From the IMG/VR virus record IMGVR_UViG_3300046779_001841, positions 224,001-288,000 of that record: DNA of 64,000 nt. One strand, 5' to 3'. Under the pieces are notes generated by a model. That model had not been told where the DNA came from and ran no database searches. It saw only the letters and a list, made by a program, of their open reading frames with translations. This document shows positions 57,974-64,000 of this stretch, in pieces. The position numbers and the translations under genes were made by a program. The DNA is from a virus. Lineage: Duplodnaviria; Caudoviricetes. The stretch's first letter is position 1; each line of letters begins with the position of its first letter.

Positions 57974-59047
57974 TTATCGAAATCTTTGTCTAAGTAAATA
58001 TAGATTGGTTTCATGATCATTTGCTGTTGCCATGATGAAATCATCCAATCCTAATGACATTTGTCCTTCTAATCCATCATAGACAACTTCAAAGAGATCT
58101 TGTAAAAACTCTTCTACACATAATGCTCTATGTAATGGATCTGTTGATGCTTCACTGATTGCTTTGACTTGCATTGACATTTCTGCCATTTGTGCATTCA
58201 TCTCAACTGCTTCCGCACCAAACTCTGCTACAATCTTTTCTGCCAAAGCATCTATTTCTTCAGGCAAACTATTATATAGCTTGTCCATCAATAAATGATC
58301 TCCATAATATGGCATACCTTTGACTTGCCAATGGCTTGTCCAATGACTTAAATGTGCTGATCTTAAACCAGCTAATAACATCAATAGCATTTGCAATTTA
58401 TTTACTTGCATACTTGATCTCCTTGTTTTTAATCTTTGATATTTCTGTGGATTTTTTCTTCTATGTTCATAATAAAGTTTTAATCTTGGTCTGTTCTTTC
58501 TTTGATATTCTCTTACTTTTCGTTTTATCTTAAAACGATTCTTCTGATAATATCTCTTAGCATCTCTTCTTGCTTGTCCTCTTTGTTTATGTTGACGATC
58601 TTGTCTTCTTGGTGGTCTCCATTCTATCTTTGCCTGCTTTTCTTCTTCTGCAGTCATTGTTCGTCTTTGATTTATCATTGTTCCTTGATCTATATATGGA
58701 TGTCCATATTGATCTCCTGGAACACCAGTTGTTCTTGGACTTTGATGTAATGGCTTTCCCATTGGCTTTGGACTTACTGCATTTTGAGATCTAGGTTTAC
58801 TATAATTTGATGAATTATCCATACTATCTGATGGTGTGTTATATGCAGGTGGCCCTGGTCGCTTTTCTTCACGACCATCTGGATGTCCACTTGGTAATGG
58901 TAACACTCTATCTCTTTGTGGTTTCCCATCTGCATAATCTTCTCTACTCTTTTCTGGTTTAGTAGTATCTGTACCAGATTCTGGTTTTACCCATGTCTTA
59001 GCACCAGATAAAGATTCATCAGATCTGTATGAATATTTATTTGTCAT
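57974..59047 (-). CDS. Fusion of low-complexity/basic region and Dps/ferritin-like domain
   Basis: HWTSHWQVKG..YYGDHLLMDKLY...IDALAEK...HETNLYLL. Confidence 0.65.
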   Translation of the reverse strand: MTNKYSYRSDESLSGAKTWVKPESGTDTTKPEKSREDYADGKPQRDRVLPLPSGHPDGREEKRPGPPAYNTPSDSMDNSSNYSKPRSQNAVSPKPMGKPLHQSPRTTGVPGDQYGHPYIDQGTMINQRRTMTAEEEKQAKIEWRPPRRQDRQHKQRGQARRDAKRYYQKNRFKIKRKVREYQRKNRPRLKLYYEHRRKNPQKYQRLKTRRSSMQVNKLQMLLMLLAGLRSAHLSHWTSHWQVKGMPYYGDHLLMDKLYNSLPEEIDALAEKIVAEFGAEAVEMNAQMAEMSMQVKAISEASTDPLHRALCVEEFLQDLFEVVYDGLEGQMSLGLDDFIMATANDHETNLYLLRQRFR

Positions 59048-59405
59048 TTTTCATATACCTATTTGCTATTCTTCTTGCACTTGGATATGGATTAAACTTA
59101 CTCGCTATATCTACTAATTCTCTATCTTCATGTGGCAATCTTTGACGATAAAACCCTTCACCTAACTTGATTAAAGCATAAGTTGTCTTATCTAATTCTC
59201 TTGCCATATTATCTGCTGATAAAGGTATTGTTAATAACACATCACCACATAGTTTTTGTAGTTCTTCTTCTAGTTCTGGATTTTCTTTTATTCCTTCTAG
59301 TAATTGTTTTACACATACACTTATTCGATGTGCTTCTACTCTAGCAGAATTTACACCTTCACTTATTAAACTCCAACTCGCTTGACTATTTGATTTCTTT
59401 TTCAT
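59037..59405 (-). CDS. Hypothetical protein, putative head-internal
   Basis: Ends SARRIANRYM. Confidence 0.65.
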   Translation of the reverse strand: MKKKSNSQASWSLISEGVNSARVEAHRISVCVKQLLEGIKENPELEEELQKLCGDVLLTIPLSADNMARELDKTTYALIKLGEGFYRQRLPHEDRELVDIASKFNPYPSARRIANRYMKNDK

Positions 59406-59455
59406 TATTCCACCTTTATTTGAAACTACAAATAAAGACTTTTATAAATAAAATA

Positions 59456-59797
59456 TTAAGATAGACCAATAATCACTGCTACAAATATCAATGTTAAAGA
59501 TAATATGGCTTTTGGATTAAAACCAAAGAAATATGTATTCAATATCATCTCTATGAGAAATAATGTTACTTGCCATATTAAAGATGCTTTCCATATATCA
59601 TAAACATCTCTTAAATACCACCATGCAGTTAAACTTGCATAGGTAGTCAATAAACTTGTATATATCCACCATTCTATTGGTGTCCATTGCAAATCAAACA
59701 CTTCTTTGGCATTTGATCTAAACCAATAGACTAATGCACAAAATACAATCAAACTTAAACTATATAGCATATCTTTTCTTTCTTTCAAAAACACCAT
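59456..59797 (-). CDS. Small four-TM membrane protein
   Basis: Hydrophobic throughout. Confidence 0.6.
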   Translation of the reverse strand: MVFLKERKDMLYSLSLIVFCALVYWFRSNAKEVFDLQWTPIEWWIYTSLLTTYASLTAWWYLRDVYDIWKASLIWQVTLFLIEMILNTYFFGFNPKAILSLTLIFVAVIIGLS

Positions 59798-59824
59798 ATA
59801 GTCGATCTATATTAAATGAATATC

Positions 59825-60802
59825 TTATTGTTCTGCCAATGCTTTATCAATCGCTTTTACAACACCATCTGTTTCAATCGCTTTAATTTTAGCTAAAGTT
59901 TCTGCATCATTACCATATTTCTCTACTGCTAACTTTACACGATGTTGCCAGTGCTTTGATTTATCCCATGCAAATTCTTCACTTTGTCCAATAATCACTG
60001 CACCTGTTGATGGATTTGATTCCAATGCTTCGATTGTTTGTAAATCTTCTTGAATTGATGATGTTGCTTCTACAATAGGTTCAAGATTTAATTCACTTGA
60101 TGGTTCTTCACCAGCTACTGTAACTTCTTCTGCTTGATTTAAAGCATCTGTTAATTCATCTTGTGTAATTACAGATCCTACAATCTCACCACCTTGTTGA
60201 TCTTCTACCACTACTGGTTTTCTTACTGCATCTCTTTGTAAGTTTTCTAACTTTGCCATCTCTTTGGTAATTTGACTACCATCAGAAATCACTATCTTTT
60301 GCTTACTTGCAGTCTTTAATGGTATCTTTACTGATTCTGCACCTTGTTGTGATGATACATTATCCATTGCACTTGATGCTCCTGCGATTGTTGCACCACT
60401 CTTATTTTCTACCTTATGCACTGGACGAATATCTGCATCTTGACTTTCTACTTGAATTGGAAATTTCTTTTCAACAATCACTTCTTTCTTTGATACTTCG
60501 CCTACTGACTTTTCTTCATCATAGACTTTTTGTACTGGCATTTCTTTCTTTGGCATTGCAACAGGTGCAGTTGCTTTCTTTTCTTCTACATAATCTGCTG
60601 GATCTACGATTGTTAACCAGCCTCTTTTAATGCCTGATTTAAGTTCTGGCATGACTACATCTTGATTGCCTACTCGCAATGTTACTCCATCAAATTCTAC
60701 AACATCACCTTGATATAAATTTCTTTCAAGTTTTCCCAAGTGGATTGTTGTATTTGCCTTTACACGAATAAACACACCTTTATTGAAATTCACTTCTGAC
60801 AT
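59825..60802 (-). CDS. Hypothetical protein downstream of the capsid block
   Basis: 325-aa ORF with conserved-looking N- and C-domains and an acidic linker. Confidence 0.65.
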   Translation of the reverse strand: MSEVNFNKGVFIRVKANTTIHLGKLERNLYQGDVVEFDGVTLRVGNQDVVMPELKSGIKRGWLTIVDPADYVEEKKATAPVAMPKKEMPVQKVYDEEKSVGEVSKKEVIVEKKFPIQVESQDADIRPVHKVENKSGATIAGASSAMDNVSSQQGAESVKIPLKTASKQKIVISDGSQITKEMAKLENLQRDAVRKPVVVEDQQGGEIVGSVITQDELTDALNQAEEVTVAGEEPSSELNLEPIVEATSSIQEDLQTIEALESNPSTGAVIIGQSEEFAWDKSKHWQHRVKLAVEKYGNDAETLAKIKAIETDGVVKAIDKALAEQ

Positions 60803-60875
60803 TTCATTCTTCCTTTTTAATTTGAGTTTAGAAACATATTATATATACATAAACTATAAACATTTTATCAAAAAT

Positions 60876-60911
60876 AAAAAAAGACTAAGTATTTTTTTAC
60901 CTAGTCTTTTT
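60876..60911. terminator. Probable bidirectional intrinsic terminator
   Basis: AAAAAGACTA...TAGTCTTTTT. Confidence 0.5.
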
Positions 60912-61036
60912 CTCTTATTTAATGTGCCTTAATCAATATTGACTAAGGCACAATACACAACAACAAACACACTTATAAGCAAGAGTGCTTATCTCTTTAT
61001 AAAACATTCTCTTTTTTACTGCAAATTTTTTTTCAA

Positions 61037-61369
61037 TCAATTATTTTCTTCATTCTCAAGAGATTTCATATATTCATTTTCTAACTCAAGATTAGAAATT
61101 TCTTCATCAAACATATTTGATATTGTTTGACATAACAAAGCCAAATCATAATTATCAACATCTAATAAATCTTCCCAGTCATATCCTATATCAAATCTAT
61201 ATACAGATCTTTGCACCAGTGCATTGTCTGTTGTTAATGATAAAGAATATTCAATTCCTTCTTTCTCTAAAAGGACAACAAGTAATTCATCATTCACACT
61301 CTCTACTTCTGCAGTGATTGAGTGATTAGTAAGAGCATTTAAAAGTTTGGAAATCATTGAGTTCATCAT
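61037..61369 (-). CDS. Hypothetical acidic protein
   Basis: Follows promoter element. Confidence 0.65.
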   Translation of the reverse strand: MMNSMISKLLNALTNHSITAEVESVNDELLVVLLEKEGIEYSLSLTTDNALVQRSVYRFDIGYDWEDLLDVDNYDLALLCQTISNMFDEEISNLELENEYMKSLENEENN

Positions 61370-61386
61370 TTTTCATTTTCCTTTTA

Positions 61387-61435
61387 GTCATTATCGACAT
61401 ATCTATAACACTTCTGGATAAGCTATCTTTGCAAC
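61387..61435 (-). promoter_or_regulatory. Conserved promoter-like element, copy 9
   Basis: Matches consensus. Confidence 0.8.
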
Positions 61436-61450
61436 CAACAATAAAATATT

Positions 61451-61750
61451 TTATAATTGCCAATAAGCATTTTCTGTTTTGATTAATCTGTTTATCTTTT
61501 TTGTTAGTTGAACTGGATCTGTATATTCTCTATCATTGATAGATTCAAACATATCTAAGTCTTCATTGGTATGAACTTTAAGAAACACATCATATTCATC
61601 TTTTTCACAAGAGATCACTAAATCAATATGACTTGCTTCTAAAGCAGGGTGCTTGATCTTAATGCTCTTACAAGCCACTACTTGACTATAATCAATACCT
61701 TTGCTTTTAAGATTGAGTTTAAGAGCATTTAAAATTTCTAACTTTGTCAT
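61451..61750 (-). CDS. Hypothetical protein
   Basis: Follows promoter element. Confidence 0.65.
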   Translation of the reverse strand: MTKLEILNALKLNLKSKGIDYSQVVACKSIKIKHPALEASHIDLVISCEKDEYDVFLKVHTNEDLDMFESINDREYTDPVQLTKKINRLIKTENAYWQL

Positions 61751-61780
61751 AGGTTTTTTTCCTTGATCTTGAGTTTGTCT

Positions 61781-61825
61781 TCATTGACATACCTATAACA
61801 CTTATGACCTAGCTACCTTTGCAAC
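61781..61825 (-). promoter_or_regulatory. Conserved promoter-like element, copy 10
   Basis: Matches consensus. Confidence 0.75.
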
Positions 61826-61904
61826 CAAATGAAAATATTATTGTCTTTTGTGTTTTTATTTTCTCTAAATTTAGGAGAACGGAGCAAGAAAACTTGCTCT
61901 TTAA

Positions 61905-61941
61905 AATAAAAAACCCAGTGTCTAAAAAGACACTGGGTTTC
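61905..61941 (-). terminator. Intrinsic terminator after the major capsid gene
   Basis: 13-bp stem AAACCCAGTGTCT/AGACACTGGGTTT with U-tract on the minus strand; second hairpin at 61882-61899. Confidence 0.8.
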
Positions 61942-61972
61942 TAAACATCCGAATAAACCAAGTAATTTACGA

Positions 61973-62854
61973 TTAACGAGTTACTGTTAAACGAGTTAAA
62001 CCACGAGGATTGTAAGCCCCAATACCCAAATTTTCAAAAACTGAAAAACCGATTGTACGAGCCTTAGGATCATCAGCAGAAAGAACAGTCAATTCAGTAC
62101 GAACAGGAATACGACCAAACATTTCAGGTTCACAACATACATATACAGTACCTGGATTTACCAAACGACTTGTAATGATTTGTGCGCCCCATAGAGTGGC
62201 TTGAAGACCTGTCTTTAACAAACTTGCTTGACTTTCGATGTCCAAGATGTCACGACCAAACTTTCTAATATCTGCATAATCACGAGCATTGATAAATACA
62301 CGAGCAACACGAAGATCATGCTTTTCAATTTGTGCATAAGCATCTGCAAGTACTGCACCATTTAAAGGTGCAATTACAGGAATATCAGGATTGGTTTGTC
62401 CAGCTACACCATCAAAACCTTGAGTCGCAACTGCATCAAGAATAGCAAATACTCTTTCATCTTCTGCGGCCTGGATTTGCGCTCTAGCTAAATCTTGCGC
62501 TCTCTCAATGAGATCAAATCGTCTTTCCTTAATTTGTGTTAAAGGAATTTCTGGATTTGATGCAATTTCAAAGAGAGGGAAAATCACTCTGCGTGGCTTG
62601 GTAATTGCAAGAATGTTTTCACCTTCTTCACCAACTACGAAAGCTGTTACATCTGGATCTTTGTCATAAATTGGCAAAGCACCATCAGGTAATTGTTCTA
62701 CCAAGAAAGTCTTACGACCAACACTGGTATAATCTCTTCTAAGACGCAATGGTTGTGTCATAGAAGATGCTAACTTAGCACGACCTTGTGGGGTCTTGAT
62801 GTAATCAGAAATAATCTTTTGTTTTACTGCATTATCGACATTTACATTAGACAT
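61973..62854 (-). CDS. Major capsid protein (HK97-like fold)
   Basis: Position after scaffold and decoration genes, strong terminator, PLFEIASNPEIPLTQIKERRFDLIERAQ...AEDERVFAIL pattern, biased codon use. Confidence 0.7.
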   Translation of the reverse strand: MSNVNVDNAVKQKIISDYIKTPQGRAKLASSMTQPLRLRRDYTSVGRKTFLVEQLPDGALPIYDKDPDVTAFVVGEEGENILAITKPRRVIFPLFEIASNPEIPLTQIKERRFDLIERAQDLARAQIQAAEDERVFAILDAVATQGFDGVAGQTNPDIPVIAPLNGAVLADAYAQIEKHDLRVARVFINARDYADIRKFGRDILDIESQASLLKTGLQATLWGAQIITSRLVNPGTVYVCCEPEMFGRIPVRTELTVLSADDPKARTIGFSVFENLGIGAYNPRGLTRLTVTR

Positions 62855-62875
62855 TTTAACTGTTTCCTTTCTTAA

Positions 62876-63511
62876 TTAAATTCTTTGGTCATAAACGAGT
62901 TCATCAGATGATGTATCGCTTGAAACAGTTAAAATACCAATAGTCCATGAACCACCAGCGGCGGGACCTGAACCATGATCTGCATCATGTCTATCACCAG
63001 CAATAGAATTTGTCAAATAACCATTTAATGATGCAAATAATTCATCACCAATAGTATATTGCAAAGTATCGCCAATATCATCACCAGTAAGAACTTGTGT
63101 TTCGTAAAGGCTGTTACCATAAGTACCTTGTGCAGATACATAGGGTCCACGATTTGATGCAACACCAGGTTGATTAGTAAATGCAAGACCAACAGCTGTA
63201 TTAATAAATACACCTAGTGGCTTTTCATTAACATTTGCAGGATCACTAGCAGTGGGTCCACCATGAAAATATTCACCTTCGTCATTACGAGCGAAAGCAA
63301 TAGAACCACTTAATACACCAAGAACGCCAGCAGTAAAACCAGATGCAGTGGTCTTAGTTCCAGCAGTTGTAATTACAGGTGGATTAGTTTGAGTAAAAGA
63401 ATCAGCAGTCAACTGACCGACTGTATTGCGAACACCTACATGAAGGATACGCAATGCACTATTACTTTGAGTAAATCCACCACTCGCTTGTCCAAGTAAA
63501 GAAATAGACAT
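62876..63511 (-). CDS. Capsid decoration/cement protein
   Basis: Directly upstream of MCP; KPLGVFIN...TIGDELFASLNGYLT; start MSISLLG. Confidence 0.55.
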   Translation of the reverse strand: MSISLLGQASGGFTQSNSALRILHVGVRNTVGQLTADSFTQTNPPVITTAGTKTTASGFTAGVLGVLSGSIAFARNDEGEYFHGGPTASDPANVNEKPLGVFINTAVGLAFTNQPGVASNRGPYVSAQGTYGNSLYETQVLTGDDIGDTLQYTIGDELFASLNGYLTNSIAGDRHDADHGSGPAAGGSWTIGILTVSSDTSSDELVYDQRI

Positions 63512-63630
63512 AATGTCACTCCTAAATCTCGTACTCTCTGTTTTCAAGAGAATGGTTATTGTTAAAGATTTTTTTAAAAGTTTTAAAGCCCAGTTATTTT
63601 TAATAACTTCACTTATCTATACTTTGTTTA

Positions 63631-63644
63631 ATAGATAAACTATT
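63631..63644 (-). promoter_or_regulatory. Putative late-promoter motif before the capsid genes
   Basis: AATAGTTTATCTAT, identical to 48537-48550. Confidence 0.45.
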
Positions 63645-63737
63645 AAAGATTTAATAGAAATCTACTACTTTTTAATCATCTTTTTAGCATATTTCTTAAA
63701 TGCACTAAAAACATGACTATAAAAGAACACCTAAATC

Positions 63738-64000
63738 TTAGCAAAAGAACTTGCTAACATCTGGTGCGGATTGCCATAACTTTGACAATTCATTAGCATC
63801 ACTTGCAGTTCTACTAATATTGCCTAAAGTCTTTACACTTGCTTGTTGTGTCTTTGGTCTTGGGGTGATTGATGCTTTCTTAGATGATGCCTTGCCTTCT
63901 TCTTTAGCAGGTGCTTCTTTCTTAGGTGCTTCTTTCTTAGCAGGTGCTTTCTTTGCTGGCTTTTCTTCTTCTTCTTCAGATTCTTCTTCTTCAGATTCTT
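63738..64000 (-). CDS. Scaffold/prohead protein C-terminus (5' partial, not in track)
   Basis: ...ESEEEE KPAKKAPAKKEAP...SKKAS...ISRTASDANELSKLWQSAPDVSKFFC; upstream of the capsid genes. Confidence 0.55.
   Translation of the reverse strand, partial: ESEEEESEEEEEKPAKKAPAKKEAPKKEAPAKEEGKASSKKASITPRPKTQQASVKTLGNISRTASDANELSKLWQSAPDVSKFFC

Noticed and set aside
19787-61825. Repeated 48-bp element as CRISPR repeats or attC-like sites
   Set aside because: Dispersed, non-palindromic, always oriented toward an RBS; no cas or integrase gene in the window
279-63213. Many 60-125-aa nested or antisense ORFs in the track (e.g. 3329, 4166, 34873, 50351, 51040, 60307)
   Set aside because: Shadows of longer genes with atypical composition and no RBS or motifs
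1-64000. Stop-codon reassignment
   Set aside because: Conserved enzymes are intact under code 11, gene density is high, and TAA, TAG and TGA all end genes
1-64000. Diversity-generating retroelement, invertible shufflon, intein or intron
   Set aside because: No reverse transcriptase or recombinase, no adenine-specific TR/VR pair seen, and no intein or homing-endonuclease motifs in the helicase or other genes

Overview
A 64-kb AT-rich, gene-dense segment of a large tailed phage, probably a jumbo myovirus, using the standard genetic code. No integrase, CRISPR array, reverse transcriptase or transposase was recognised. Virion genes include a baseplate hub with a CHAP-like amidase domain, a Gp5/VgrG-like spike, fibre proteins (one with a C1q-like tip), a neck-like protein, and a capsid block (scaffold C-terminus, decoration protein, 293-aa major capsid protein) at the right end. 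Replication, metabolic and regulatory genes include a UvrD/PcrA helicase, a C5 DNA methyltransferase, IMPDH/GMP reductase, PurA, thymidine kinase, a thermonuclease, a flavodoxin-like reductase, a lytic transglycosylase, a sigma70-family factor and one tRNA (CAT). Most notable: (1) a C5 methyltransferase apparently split over two almost fully overlapping frames; (2) a 1717-aa secreted Ig/PKD protein ending in a MYXO-CTERM-like sorting signal, suggesting a Myxococcota-type host; (3) ten copies of a fixed-spacing ~48-bp promoter-like element heading small-gene islands; (4) a recurrent [KR]-x-A-[SGN] / [RK][IVL]A-x-x-Y peptide signature in many probable head-internal proteins; (5) a four-member tandem paralog array and a repeated FDDFL-x-x-ITCEE[FY]Y micro-peptide; (6) three candidate structured RNAs, one tRNA-like. 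All family assignments come from motif recognition by eye; no database search was run.
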